In this document: piece after piece, positions 37,803 through 49,696 of the stretch
How the letters are laid out: the number at the start of each line of letters is the position of its first letter
Position numbering within the stretch: position 1 is the stretch's first letter
Source: Spirochaetia bacterium
Lineage (GTDB): Bacteria; Spirochaetota; Spirochaetia; SZUA-6; Bin103
Assembly (NCBI GenBank): GCA_965203905.1
Contig: CBDBDQ010000005.1
Coordinates: forward strand, 2,592,001-2,656,000
DNA length: 64,000 bases
Direction of reading: 5' to 3'
Program-made: the position numbers and the translations under genes
The notes under the pieces: model-generated
What the model saw: only the letters and a program-made list of their open reading frames with translations
Database searches by the model: none
Told to the model about the DNA's origin: nothing

Positions 37803-39441
37803 TCAGGGACCGCCACCCGCCACGGCGCCCGGCGCTTCCTGCGTCGGCGGCTGCCACAACACGTCGAGCGCCGCCGCCAGGTCCAGCGATTCCCCGTACC
37901 AGTCGGGGGTGGCGGTATGGGGACCGATGCTGGCACCGGCTTCCGCCAGACGCGCGTCGGTCGGCCCCAGCGGCGCCCCCTCCCAGCACACCGCCGGTGG
38001 CTCCGCCGGCAACGGCACGCCGTCCGGACGCAGGAACCGGAACTGCCCATCGGCGTCGGCGACCACCTGAAACCCCTCTTCGTGCACCGCGCGGTGGTGG
38101 AATTCGACACAGAGAAGCCAGGTTGGCGAGCTTGGTCGCCCCGCCGTCGGCCCAGTGCACGATGTGGTGGGCGTCGCAGTGGTGGGATTCGCAGCCGGGG
38201 AACTGACACTGACTGCGATCGCGGTCCAGCAGGGCACGGCGCAGGGCGGTCGGGATCGTGCGCGTCCTGCGACCGACGTCGAGCACCTCGCCATCGGCGC
38301 CGTGGCACAGCGCGACGAGGGCGGCATCGCAGGCGACCCGGCGCGCCGCCTCCCTGCCCAGGTGCAGACCGCCTGCCTGGTCAATGACCGCCTGACCGGC
38401 GTCGAGGTCCGTTGGCGTTGGCCCACACTCGCAGGCGCCGTCGGTCGCCTCCGGCGTTTCCGCTGCAACGTGCGGCGTGGCGGTGGCCGGCTCCCTGCCC
38501 GCGGGCGCCGCGGCAGTGACCGGTTGCGAGGGCGCCTCACTGGCCGCACGCGTTTCCACGGAAAGGTGCGGCGTGGCGCTGGCCGGCTCGCGCGCAGCAA
38601 GAGTGCCCGCCGGCACGTGCACCGTCACCTGGAAGCGGTCGCCGGGGTTGCCCGGATCGAGCCCGCCGGCCAGCGCACTCTCGGCCACCAGCCCCAGCGC
38701 ATCGGCGCGCCGATGCGCAATCGTGGGCTGCTCGCCGTTCGCGCCCGCCGCCGGCGCCGGTACCTGCTCCAGCGCCGCCTCCACGGCGCGCAGCAGCACC
38801 GCGCCCACCTCAGGGGTCAGCCGCGCGCGCAGCACCAGCATGCCGTCCTCGTCCACCTGCGTGCTCAGCATGCGGCTTGCCAGGCGCACCTGCTCGCCAT
38901 CCGCCTGGGCGGCCTGGTCCGCCTGCCGCCAGCCCCGCACCAGCCGCTCCACCTGCGCCGCGGTGGAGCTGCAGGCCACCGCCAGCAGCCGTGCCTCGGT
39001 CGCAGGCGAAGCCACCCGCGTGAGGGCTCTGACTTTCGAATAGGAGAGCCGGCCGCAGGCCATGGCTGCGGAGATGTGGGGCAGCTCGGCCAGGGCGGCG
39101 GCCACGCGCAGCTTCTCGCGGGCAGCGCCGAGGTCGAGGCTGGTGCGCCAGTTGAGCCAGTGGGCGCAGGAGCGGAAGCCCTCCCAGCCGTGCTGCTGAT
39201 TGAACTGATGCAGGTAGCACAGCAGCTCGTAGGTGGCGGCGTCGATGCGCGCCGACAGCTCGGCGATGCGGTTACCGAGGCGGTCCAGGTCGCGTGGCTC
39301 GGCACGGTCCGGCAGCGTCGCTGCCGGAGGGTGAGCGGCCTGAGCGGTGGCGCCCGCGCCCGCGGGCAGCTCGGTCAGCGCCGGCTCGCGGCACACGAGC
39401 GCCGCTGCCTGGCGCGTAAGGATGGTCGTGTCGGGTTCCAT
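37803..39441 (-). pseudogene. DUF222 / HNH endonuclease element gene with a frameshift inside the HNH motif
   Basis: SCAHWL, LSYSKVRA, RRVACDA, GRRTR, CQFPGC, DAHHIVHW, NL..LC, then a frame change to HHRAVHEEG near 38102. Confidence 0.8.
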
Positions 39442-39823
39442 GATGGGCTATCGTACACCCGGATTTCGGCCACCCCCTGACGGCCCGTAGGGGCGTCGGA
39501 TGCCGATTTGCGGCTTTCAAGGTCATTCCTGCGTGGCGACGCACAGAGCGCGCGCCAGACACACTCCAGGACAGAATCCCGCAGGGTCGGACACGTCGCA
39601 AAATTGGACCGCCAAAGGCGTGTCAACCCCTGAACCTGAGGAATCTGAGAATTAGCGGGTTTTTTTCCATTTCCGGGACCACGGTGCGGGGCAGGAGCGA
39701 GCCGCATGCTGCGGCGCCAGGTCGGGCACAGCGCTGCATCCCGGGCCGGCGGTGTGGCAGCGGCGGCTGGCAGGTAACAGCCACGCGCGCGTGGGCGGCC
39801 GGCGGCCCGCAACGGCACGGTAC

Positions 39824-40045
39824 TTACTTCGTGGAACGCAGAGATGCGTGAGCGTGTTGCGGCACGTCCACGGCTACAAAGTAGGATTCAGGATACAGAT
39901 AATCTTCGCCCGATTCGTCTATCACGCGCATATATCCTTCCCGCTCGGCTTCTTCATCGTGAACAATTTGATAGACCTTCCGGGTCTCGAGATCGCTGCA
40001 CTCTCTATTCTCGATGCACACTACGAATCGTACTCTCATTCTCAC
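39824..40045 (-). CDS. Small hypothetical protein (VIDESGEDYLYP type)
   Basis: 73 aa, lower GC, overlaps the mnmG stop. Confidence 0.65.
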   Translation of the reverse strand: MRMRVRFVVCIENRECSDLETRKVYQIVHDEEAEREGYMRVIDESGEDYLYPESYFVAVDVPQHAHASLRSTK

Positions 40046-41991
40046 GTACCCGCGCGTGGGCGGCCGGCGGCGCGGAGCTGTACCAGCAGGATGCTGAGGT
40101 CGGCCGGACTTACGCCACTGATGCGGCTGGCCTGGCCGAGCGTGCGCGGGCGCACCTGCTGGAGCTTCTCGCGACCCTCCTGCGAGAGCGCCTTGAACGC
40201 GGCGTAGTCGAGGGAGGGGGGGATGCGCAGTGCCTCGAACCGCTGCAGCCGCTCGATGTTGTCACGCTCGCGGGCGATGTAGCCTTCGTACTTCAGTTCC
40301 ACTTCGGCCGCGGCCAGCAGCTCGGGATCGGCGAGCAGAGCGGCCAGTGGCGGGCTGTCACCGGTTGCACCCGCGCTTGGCACGGTCGCCGGGTCCGCCG
40401 CCGGCACGGTCTCGCTTAGCAGGGCGGCCAGTCGGACCTCGGGGCGCCGGCACAGGGCGGCGGCGGTCTCGGGGCGCTGCAGCTCGCTGGCGCCGCGTGA
40501 CCGCAGCCAGCCGTTGATCCTGGCCGGCGCCAGGGTGGTGCCGCGCAACTCGGCGACGGCGGTGGCCAGCAGCTCGGAACGGCGGCGGAGCTGCGCCATC
40601 GCCTGGTCGGCGATCAGGCCCAGCTCATGCCCGTACGCGCTCAGGCGGCGGTCGGCGTTGTCCTGGCGCAACACCAGGCGATGCTCGGCGCGCGAGGTGA
40701 ACATGCGATACGGCTCGTGTGAGGGCTTGGTGACCAGGTCGTCGATCAGCACCCCGATGTAGGCTTCGTCGCGGCGCAGCACCAGTTCGTCACGGGCGCC
40801 GTTCGCGCCACCACGCACGGACAGCGCCGCGTTGATCCCGGCCATCAGCCCCTGCGCGGCGGCTTCCTCGTAGCCGGAAGTGCCGTTCACCTGGCCGGCG
40901 AAGTAGAGCCCGCGCAGGTGCTTGCTCTCCAGCGTGGCGTCCACCTGGTAGGCGGGAAAGAAGTCGTACTCCACGGCGTAGCCGTAGCGCGCCACCGCCA
41001 CCTGCTCCAGGCCGCGCACCGTGTGCAGCGCCGCCACCTGCACCTCCGCCGGCAGCGAGCTGGAGAAGCCGTTGAGGTAGACCAGGTCGCTGTCCAGTCC
41101 CTCCGGCTCCAGGAACAGTTGATGACGGTCGCGGTCGGCGAAGCGCACCACCTTGTCCTCGATGGAGGGGCAGTAGCGCGGCCCGGCACCCCGAATGCGG
41201 CCGGTGAACATCGGGGAGCGGTCGAAGCCGGTGGCCAGCATCTCGTGGGTGCCCCGATTGGTGAAGGTGATGTGGCAGCTCACCTGCGGCAGGCGCGGGA
41301 ACCGGGCCGGATCGGTGCGGCGCGAGAACGGCACCGGGCGCTCGTCGCCCGGCTGCTCCTCCAGCACGTCGAAGTCGATGCTGGCACGCTGCAGGCGTGG
41401 TGGGGTGCCGGTCTTGAGGCGTCCGGTCTCGATGCCCAGGCGCCGGAACGCCTGCGACAGGCCGGTGGCCGGCCGCTCGCCGTAGCGTCCGCCGGCGCGC
41501 CCTTCGAGGCCGGTAAACAGCACGCCGTCGAGAAAGGTGCCGGAGGCCACCACCAGCGCACGACAGCCGATCTCCTCGCCGGCGCCGGTCACCACCGCCG
41601 CTACCCGGCCGCCACGGGCAATCACGTCCACCACCGTTTCCTCGATGACGGTGATGGCACTCTCGGCCGCCACCAGCCCCTGCGCCGCGACGGCGTACGC
41701 CTCGCGGTCGGACTGGCACCGCGACGACCAGATCGCCGGGCCCTTGGAACGGTTCAGCAGCCGGAACTGAATGCCGGTGGCATCGGCCAACTCGCCCATC
41801 ACCCCACCGAGGGCGTCGATCTCGTGCACCAGGTGGCCCTTGGCGGTTCCACCGATGGCGGGGTTGCAGGACATGCGGCCGATGGCCGCCGCCTCGCTGG
41901 TGACCAGCCCTACGCTGCATCCCATGCGAGCGGCCGCCACCGCCGCTTCGATGCCGGCGTGCCCGCCGCCGATCACAATCAAGTCGAACAT
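40042..41991 (-). CDS. mnmG: tRNA U34 modification enzyme MnmG/GidA
   Basis: GGGHAG, MSCNPAIGG, RLKTGT, GPRYCPSIEDK, GQVNGTSGYEEAA. Confidence 0.96.
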   Translation of the reverse strand: MFDLIVIGGGHAGIEAAVAAARMGCSVGLVTSEAAAIGRMSCNPAIGGTAKGHLVHEIDALGGVMGELADATGIQFRLLNRSKGPAIWSSRCQSDREAYAVAAQGLVAAESAITVIEETVVDVIARGGRVAAVVTGAGEEIGCRALVVASGTFLDGVLFTGLEGRAGGRYGERPATGLSQAFRRLGIETGRLKTGTPPRLQRASIDFDVLEEQPGDERPVPFSRRTDPARFPRLPQVSCHITFTNRGTHEMLATGFDRSPMFTGRIRGAGPRYCPSIEDKVVRFADRDRHQLFLEPEGLDSDLVYLNGFSSSLPAEVQVAALHTVRGLEQVAVARYGYAVEYDFFPAYQVDATLESKHLRGLYFAGQVNGTSGYEEAAAQGLMAGINAALSVRGGANGARDELVLRRDEAYIGVLIDDLVTKPSHEPYRMFTSRAEHRLVLRQDNADRRLSAYGHELGLIADQAMAQLRRRSELLATAVAELRGTTLAPARINGWLRSRGASELQRPETAAALCRRPEVRLAALLSETVPAADPATVPSAGATGDSPPLAALLADPELLAAAEVELKYEGYIARERDNIERLQRFEALRIPPSLDYAAFKALSQEGREKLQQVRPRTLGQASRISGVSPADLSILLVQLRAAGRPRAGT

Positions 41992-42065
41992 CCTGCTCCG
42001 CCGCCTGAACCGGAAGGTAACAAACGAAGCGGTGGGTGGCGACATCGGTACCGTGACGGTTGCCT

Positions 42066-42099
42066 TACATAGAAGTATTACGTATCATACTTCTATGTA
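42066..42099. promoter_or_regulatory. Perfect 13-bp inverted repeat, probable PadR operator
   Basis: TACATAGAAGTAT-N8-ATACTTCTATGTA between the divergent mnmG and padR genes. Confidence 0.75.
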
Positions 42100-42117
42100 T
42101 CGAGCGAGACGGCGGCG

Positions 42118-42462
42118 ATGCAGGTAGGCAAGGACTTGGTGGCCGCCTCCGCCACGCCCCTGGTGCTGGCCATCCTGCAGGAGGGCGAGAGCTACGGCTA
42201 CGCGATCATGAAGCGGGTCGCGGAGCTGTCCGGGGGCGAGCTCACGTGGACCGACGGGATGCTCTATCCGCTGCTGCACCGCCTGGAACGGCTGGGCTAC
42301 ATCGGCGCGCGATGGGGCGTGTCGGAGACCGGGCGGAAGCGCAGGTACTACCGCATCACGCCGGACGGACGGGCGCAGCTGGTGGTGCAGCGCCGCCAGT
42401 GGCAGGTGGTGGAAGCGACCCTGCGCCGGGTCCGGTGGGAGCCGGCTCCTGCGGCGGGTTGA
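42118..42462 (+). CDS. PadR family regulator
   Basis: SYGYAI, GMLYPLLHRLE, RKRRYYRIT. Confidence 0.92.
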   Translation: MQVGKDLVAASATPLVLAILQEGESYGYAIMKRVAELSGGELTWTDGMLYPLLHRLERLGYIGARWGVSETGRKRRYYRITPDGRAQLVVQRRQWQVVEATLRRVRWEPAPAAG

Positions 42463-42464
42463 GT

Positions 42465-43841
42465 ATGGCGTCGGACAGGAACCTGGACCACCTGGAGGAG
42501 CAGATCGCCCAGTGGCGCGCGCACCTGGTGCGCCGTGGGGCAGTCGATCCCGCAGATGCCGAGGAGCTGGAGAGCCACCTGCGCGAGCAGGTGGCCGTGC
42601 TGCAGGATGGCGGCCTGGCAGTCGACGAAGCCTTCCTGGTCGCGGTCAAGCGGATGGGCAGCATCGACGCGGTGTCGCGCGAATTCGCGCGCGTCCACTC
42701 CGAGCGGTTGTGGAAGCAACTGGTGGCGGAGCCAGCGGGCAGCAGCGACCGGTCCCGCAGCGGGCGCACGGAGACCGCGGTCGCCGTAGGCCTCGCGTTT
42801 GTCGCCGCGACGGCGATCAAGGTGCCCGAGCTGTTCGGCCACCACTTCGGCAGCGCCGGCAGCGTGGGATTCTACGCCCGCAACGCCTCGCTGTTCGTCC
42901 TGCCGCTGCTGGCCGGCTACTTCCTCTGGAAGCGTGGCTGGGACCGGCGCCGCTGTTTGTGGCTGGCGCTGCCGTTCGTCGCCGCCGGCGTGCTCGCCAA
43001 CGCTTTTCCGTTCGCACCGGATGGAGCCACCGTGGTGCTGACCGCTATCCATCTGCCGATAGCCCTGTGGCTGGCGGTGGGCATCGCCTATGCCGGAGGG
43101 CGCTGGAACACCGTTGCCGGACGCATGGACTTCGTGCGCTTCTCGGGGGAGCTGTTCATCTACTATGTGCTGTTTGCCCTCGGCGGCGGCGTGCTCGCGC
43201 TCTTCACCGGGACCATGTTCGACGCCATCGGCCTGGATGTGGGCTGGCTGTTGGAGACCTGGCTGCTGCCGTGCGGTGCGCTCGGCGCGATGCTCGTCGG
43301 TGCCTGGCTGGTGGAGCAGAAGCAGAGCGTGATCGAGAACATGGCGCCGGTGCTCACGCGCGTGTTCACGCCGCTGTTCGCGGCGGTGCTGCTGGCATTT
43401 CTGGTGACCATGGTGTGGACCGGCAGCGGCATCGACGTCGAGCGCGAGGTGCTGATCGGCTTCGACCTGCTGCTGGTGCTGGTGGTGGGCCTGCTGCTGT
43501 TCGCGGTTTCGGCGCGCGACCCGCAGGCGCCGCGCGACGCCTTCGATGCGCTGCAGCAGCTCCTGGTGGTGGCGGCATTGATAGTCGACGTGGTGGCGCT
43601 GGCGGCGATCGCGGGGCGCATCTCCGAGTTCGGCTTGAGCGCCAACAAGCTTGCCGCGCTGGGCGAGAACCTCATCCTGCTGGTCAACCTGGCGGGCTCG
43701 GCTCTGCTCTACGCCCGTTTCCTGCGCGGCGCCGGCACCTTCACCGCCCTGGAGCGCTGGCAGACCGCCTACCTGCCCGTCTACGCCGTATGGGCGGCCA
43801 TCGTGGTGATCGTGTTCCCGCCGCTGTTCGGCTACCGGTAG
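42465..43841 (+). CDS. Membrane protein with N-terminal permease-prefix domain
   Basis: EELESHL..EAFLVAVKRMG followed by many TM helices. Confidence 0.8.
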   Translation: MASDRNLDHLEEQIAQWRAHLVRRGAVDPADAEELESHLREQVAVLQDGGLAVDEAFLVAVKRMGSIDAVSREFARVHSERLWKQLVAEPAGSSDRSRSGRTETAVAVGLAFVAATAIKVPELFGHHFGSAGSVGFYARNASLFVLPLLAGYFLWKRGWDRRRCLWLALPFVAAGVLANAFPFAPDGATVVLTAIHLPIALWLAVGIAYAGGRWNTVAGRMDFVRFSGELFIYYVLFALGGGVLALFTGTMFDAIGLDVGWLLETWLLPCGALGAMLVGAWLVEQKQSVIENMAPVLTRVFTPLFAAVLLAFLVTMVWTGSGIDVEREVLIGFDLLLVLVVGLLLFAVSARDPQAPRDAFDALQQLLVVAALIVDVVALAAIAGRISEFGLSANKLAALGENLILLVNLAGSALLYARFLRGAGTFTALERWQTAYLPVYAVWAAIVVIVFPPLFGYR

Positions 43842-43868
43842 TACGGTAGTAGCAAGGATACACGCGTG

Positions 43869-45307
43869 CTACTTGCCGATGCAGAAGTGGGCGAAGATCC
43901 GGTTGAGCACGTCGTCGCTGGCGACGATGCCGATGATCTCCTCCAGGTGGGTGACGGCGGCACGCAGATCGGCCGCCACCAGCTCACCTCCGGCGCCGGC
44001 CGTGGCCGCGTCGCGGGCGCGGGCCAGCGCGGCGTCGGCACGCTGCAGGTTGTCGCGGTGGCGGGCGCTGGCCACCAGGGAGCTGCGTTCGGTGTAGCCT
44101 GAGCCGTCCTGCCCCACGGTGCGCGCCACCAGCAGCCGGCTCAACGCATCGATTCCCTGCCCGGTCCTGGCCGACACCGTGAGCGCCGGCCGCGGCGCCG
44201 ACGTACCGTTCGTGGCCGCGGTCAGATCGCACTTGTTGGCGATCACCACCACCTCCGGGGTGACGGACGCCGTCGTGGGGGTCGGCGTCGCAGCGTCGGT
44301 GACCGCACCCCGAACCTGCGCCAGGGCGGCATGGGGAAACGGCTCGTCCGCGGCGGTCACGAACAACACCAGGTCGGCGTCGGCGACGGTGGCGATACTG
44401 CGTTCCACGCCGAGCCGCTCGACGGTCTCGTCGGTGACCCGCAGGCCGGCGGTGTCGTGCAACCGCACCGGCACGCCGTGGAGGTCGAGGTCTTCGCGGA
44501 TCACGTCGCGGGTGGTGCCCGGTACGTCAGTGACCAGCGCCCGCGACTCCTGCGCCAGCCGGTTCAGCAGCGACGACTTGCCGACGTTGGGCGGTCCGGC
44601 AAGCACCACGTGCACGCCGTCGCGGAGCATGCGTCCGGTGCGAAAGGTCGCCAGCATCGCGGCGATGGCGCTCCGCACCTCGGCCACGCGCGCGGCAATC
44701 TCTTCCGCCGGCGCCAGCTCCACGTCCTCCTCCGCGAAGTCCAGCTCCAGTTCCACGCGCGCCGCGCACTCCAGCAACTGGTGCCGCAAGCCCGCCACCT
44801 GCGCGCCGAGCGCGCCGTCGAGCCGGTTGCGGGCGCCGCGCAGGGCGGCCGCGGTAGCGGACTGGATCACCTCGGCCACCGCCTCGGCCTGGGTCAGGTC
44901 CAGCTTGCCGTTGAGGAAGGCACGCCGGGTGAACTCGCCCGGCTCCGCCGCCCGCGCACCGCAGCGCAGGAGGGCGCCGACCACGGTCGCGGCCACCAGG
45001 TTGGATCCGTGGCAGCTGATCTCGACGGTGTCCTCGCCGGTGTAGCTGGCCGGCGCCCGGAACACCGTGGCGATGACGTCGTCCACCACCTGGTCGCCGT
45101 CCGGCCCGCCCGGAGCGGCCCGCTGCTGGATGAGGCCGTAGTGCGCGGTGTGGGTCGCGACTGCGCGCAACGGCCGGCGCCCGCGGAAGGCGCCGTCGGC
45201 CACCGCCAGTGCGGCGGGACCGCTGAGGCGCACGATTGCCAGCGCTCCCGTGCCGGGCGGCGTGGCGATGGCGACGATGGTGTCGCCGCTGGGATCGGCA
45301 GACGCCG

Positions 45308-45311
<4 letters not shown>
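43869..45311 (-). CDS. mnmE: tRNA modification GTPase MnmE/TrmE
   Basis: DTIVAIAT, GPPNVGKSS, GTTRD, DTAG, NKCD, C-terminal FCIGK. Confidence 0.96.
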
Positions 45312-46441
<1,130 letters not shown>

Positions 46442-46444
46442 CGG

Positions 46445-46783
46445 TTACGAGGGAGCGTACTCCGGCCGCATCGGGGAGAACACCTCGACGAACTCGCTGT
46501 CCTCGAGGACCTCCGCGGCGTGGTACTCGTGGGGGCCGAAGAAGTAGCTCGTGCCCGCCTCGGCGATGAAGCGCTCGTCCCCCTCGCCGCGCTGGAACCG
46601 CACCTTGCCCTTGATGCAGAAGCCGCTCTGCACCGCGGGATGGTTGTGCAACGGAATCTTCGCGCCCTTCTTGGCGTTGAAGTGACACAGCATCGCCTCG
46701 GCGCCGTAGCTCAGCGTGGTGCGGAACACGCCATCCGGGCCCTCTTCCGTCTTGGCATTGTTCAGGTCAGTCAGATTGATCAT
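46445..46783 (-). CDS. Cupin domain protein
   Basis: PLHNHP, EYHA, VFSPMRPEY. Confidence 0.85.
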   Translation of the reverse strand: MINLTDLNNAKTEEGPDGVFRTTLSYGAEAMLCHFNAKKGAKIPLHNHPAVQSGFCIKGKVRFQRGEGDERFIAEAGTSYFFGPHEYHAAEVLEDSEFVEVFSPMRPEYAPS

Positions 46784-46910
46784 GTGCAAGCCTCCGCGGC
46801 TGATTGTACTAGAGCGGTGCCCGCTACGGCGACCGGGGGCCGGCGCAGCCGGTCGCACGCCCTTTGACAGCAAGCCCCCGCGGCAGTAGCTTGGGGCGAG
46901 GAGATCCGCC

Positions 46911-47255
46911 GTGCAGGAAACGATCACCCGCCAGCCGCTGATCAACGTCAGCGAGCGCGCCATTGCCGAGGTCGCCCGGCTCGCCGGCGACAGCGACCAG
47001 TTCCTCCGCATCTGGGTTACCGAGGGCGGCTGCGCCGGCATGACCTACGAGGCCTCGGTCGACACCACCGAGACCCCGTTCGACCGCCGGCTGTTCACCT
47101 CCGGCCAGGTACGGATCGTGGCCGACCGCAACAGCGCCGAGCACGTCGACGGCCTGGAGATCGACTACTCGGACGACCTGATCAACCTCGGCTTCCGCTT
47201 TCGCAACCCCAACGCCAGCAAGGCGTGCGGCTGCGGCTCCAGCTTCGCGGTCTGA
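46911..47255 (+). CDS. A-type Fe-S carrier (IscA/ErpA/HesB)
   Basis: GGCAG, NPNASKACGCGSSF. Confidence 0.92.
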   Translation: MQETITRQPLINVSERAIAEVARLAGDSDQFLRIWVTEGGCAGMTYEASVDTTETPFDRRLFTSGQVRIVADRNSAEHVDGLEIDYSDDLINLGFRFRNPNASKACGCGSSFAV

Positions 47256-47259
47256 CCCG

Positions 47260-47475
47260 GTGGCAGTTCAGGCGGTCGACATCACCGGCGGCGAGTCGGT
47301 CTACTGCATCAACCAGGCCCAGCTCGCGGCCGCCTTCCGCCTCGCGCAGCAGGATCCCGAAGCCGGCCCCCGGATCAACGCGGCCCTCGGCACCATCCAG
47401 CGCGACCTGAGCCGCAACGAGCAGGCGGCCCTGGCCTTCGTCCTGATCGACAAGCTGCTCAAGACTTCCACCTAG
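47260..47475 (+). CDS. Small hypothetical protein
   Basis: GC3-rich ORF immediately after the iscA-like gene. Confidence 0.65.
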   Translation: MAVQAVDITGGESVYCINQAQLAAAFRLAQQDPEAGPRINAALGTIQRDLSRNEQAALAFVLIDKLLKTST

Positions 47476-48121
47476 CCGCTTCTACATCGGAGGCACCGCG
47501 TCCAGGCCCCTGCGTCCAGACTTCGACCACGCAGTAGGGGCCGGGCTCGCAGTTGCCGGTGGCGAAGTCGCGCGCCATCGCCCGCGCCGTGTCCAGATCG
47601 TCCACCAGGCAGTAACGGTTCACCGCGTACTCTTCCGCCATGTAGTTACAGGACATCGGCGAGCAGCCGAAACTCAGCGTGGAGTCCTCTTCCGGCGCGT
47701 GTCCAACCTGACGTAAGTGCTCTGTCAGGTGTACGACGGCGTCGAAGCCGATGCGGATGAAGCTGGCCGGGATCGGCACCGCCTCGATCTCGGGCAGCGT
47801 CAGCTCGGTCTCCTTGCCCGAATCGTGGAACAGGGTTGGCAGCAGCCGGTAGGCATACAGCCGGTAGCGCTCGCGGTCTGCCTCCGGCACTACCCACCAG
47901 GCCGCCCCCGGGTTGTCGAACAGCCAGGTGTCGGTGTTGTGCAGCCAGCAGTCGACCCAGTCGGGCGGTGCCTTGGAGAGACACTCGCTGACGCTGCAGA
48001 TCTCCTCGACGCCTGGGTATCGCGGCGCGTCCACGATCCGCTTGGGCAGATAGCCGATGAGTATCGTGTCACCGTGCATCCCGATCCCTGCCCTTACCGT
48101 ATGGTAACCCAGCCTCGCCAA
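47459..48121 (-). CDS. Hypothetical Cys-containing protein
   Basis: ICSVSEC, CSPMSCN, CEPGPY; start uncertain (possibly 48078). Confidence 0.65.
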   Translation of the reverse strand: MARLGYHTVRAGIGMHGDTILIGYLPKRIVDAPRYPGVEEICSVSECLSKAPPDWVDCWLHNTDTWLFDNPGAAWWVVPEADRERYRLYAYRLLPTLFHDSGKETELTLPEIEAVPIPASFIRIGFDAVVHLTEHLRQVGHAPEEDSTLSFGCSPMSCNYMAEEYAVNRYCLVDDLDTARAMARDFATGNCEPGPYCVVEVWTQGPGRGASDVEAARWKS

Positions 48122-48275
48122 GGAGCCTCATGGGCAGCGGTCCGATCGCTATATCGACACCATACGCGCCCGCATCGGTGAGGATACTGTCCCCTCTTTC
48201 GTTGATACTTTCCAAGTGCAAGCTCCAAGTCCTGAGACACTACAAACTCTCCGCGTAACCGGCGCGGCAGCCGAG

Positions 48276-49310
48276 CTAGCACCCAGGCAACCGTCCGCCC
48301 GTATCGCACCCCACCGCGCCCCCGCCACCGTCCGGCAGCGTCGCTCCGGTCAGGCTGGCACGGCTCAGGTTGGCATTTAGTAGGGCGGCACGGCTCAGGT
48401 CCGCAAGATGCAACTCAGCGGCCACCAAGTTGGCAAACCGTAGACTGGTGCCAGTCAGGACGGCTTCGATCAGGGAGGCTTCGAACAGGTTTGCGCCACG
48501 CAGGTTTGCACCACGCAGGTCAGCGCCGTTCAGGTGCGCGTAGGACAGGTTGGCTTGGGCCAAGTCGGCACCACGCAGGTCAGCGTCCCCCAGGTCGGCG
48601 TCGGCCAAGTTGGCAAGGCGCAGGTCAGCATCGGTCAGCGTCGCACCGCTCAGGTCAGCGCCGAACAGGATTGCACCGAACAGGTTTGCACCACGCAGGT
48701 CAGCACCGCTCAGATCGGCGCCAGCCAAGTTGACAAACCGCAGGCCGGCGTCGGCCAAGTCAGCACCACCCAAGTCGGCACCGGAACAGTTTGGGAGACA
48801 GCGCTCGGGCCGGGTCGTGCCCTCGGGCTCGGCCGCCAACTTGTAGACACCTCCTACCGCCGCCCCTACCCTTTCGCGGGCGGTATCCGGCCGTGCCCCG
48901 CCGAACCGCGCCGATACGTACAGCGTGAATACCTCTCGGCACTTCACCGGCAGGGCTGCCCCGCGCGCCACTGGCGCTACTTCGATGACCAGCCGGTGCA
49001 ATGTTTCGACCAGCTCCGGCAGCGGCTCATGCAACCCCGCATCGTCGATCAACCCATTGGTCACAAACACCAAGTCCGCCGCGTCACTGGCACGCGATAG
49101 GTCGGCGCAGGCATCAGCCATACGCGGCAGTACGTAGCGGTAGCGCTTCGCGGTCTGCACTTGGTTACGGGCACGTACCCCCGATTGCGCCGCCAGCTTT
49201 TCGGCGTAGTCCTGCGCCGCCGTCATACTCACGGGCCAGCACAGCAGCACGGCCACTATCAACGGCCACCAATTGCGCCTACGGCCTATCTCACAGATGC
49301 TCCGTCGCAT
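48276..49310 (-). CDS. Secreted pentapeptide-repeat protein
   Basis: Signal-like N-terminus; about 30 A(D/N)LxG pentapeptides. Confidence 0.85.
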   Translation of the reverse strand: MRRSICEIGRRRNWWPLIVAVLLCWPVSMTAAQDYAEKLAAQSGVRARNQVQTAKRYRYVLPRMADACADLSRASDAADLVFVTNGLIDDAGLHEPLPELVETLHRLVIEVAPVARGAALPVKCREVFTLYVSARFGGARPDTARERVGAAVGGVYKLAAEPEGTTRPERCLPNCSGADLGGADLADAGLRFVNLAGADLSGADLRGANLFGAILFGADLSGATLTDADLRLANLADADLGDADLRGADLAQANLSYAHLNGADLRGANLRGANLFEASLIEAVLTGTSLRFANLVAAELHLADLSRAALLNANLSRASLTGATLPDGGGGAVGCDTGGRLPGC

Positions 49311-49696
49311 GCTTGCCGATCATCGCACGCGCCGCAGCGGGCCGCCAGCGTGCGGGAACCGATCAACGCTGGTAACAACACGGCGGCAGGCGCAGTTGGC
49401 GGGGGCTTGTAGCGCCGTTCTCGGTAGGGGTCACCAAGTCGGCCTGGTGCGGCGCAGGGCTGGGAGTGGCGAAAGTTCTTCGAGATTCCTGCGCTCGTGC
49501 GCCATCCGATGGCTTCGTGGCGTTTCCCCACACCACCTGCGCGGCGATCACTGTCAGTGAGACGCATTCCAGAACGGTCTCACGGGTGGACGGTTTCTTC
49601 TTCGCTTTCGAATCGCCACCGGGCTGCGCCTCGGGGTCACTCGTCGGCGTGAGGATATTTGATCACTTCCTCGCCGCCTTCCTTCGGGAGCGTGGA

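Noticed and set aside
48350-48790. 15-bp periodic repeats that could look like an array
   Set aside because: They encode pentapeptide repeats and are not CRISPR
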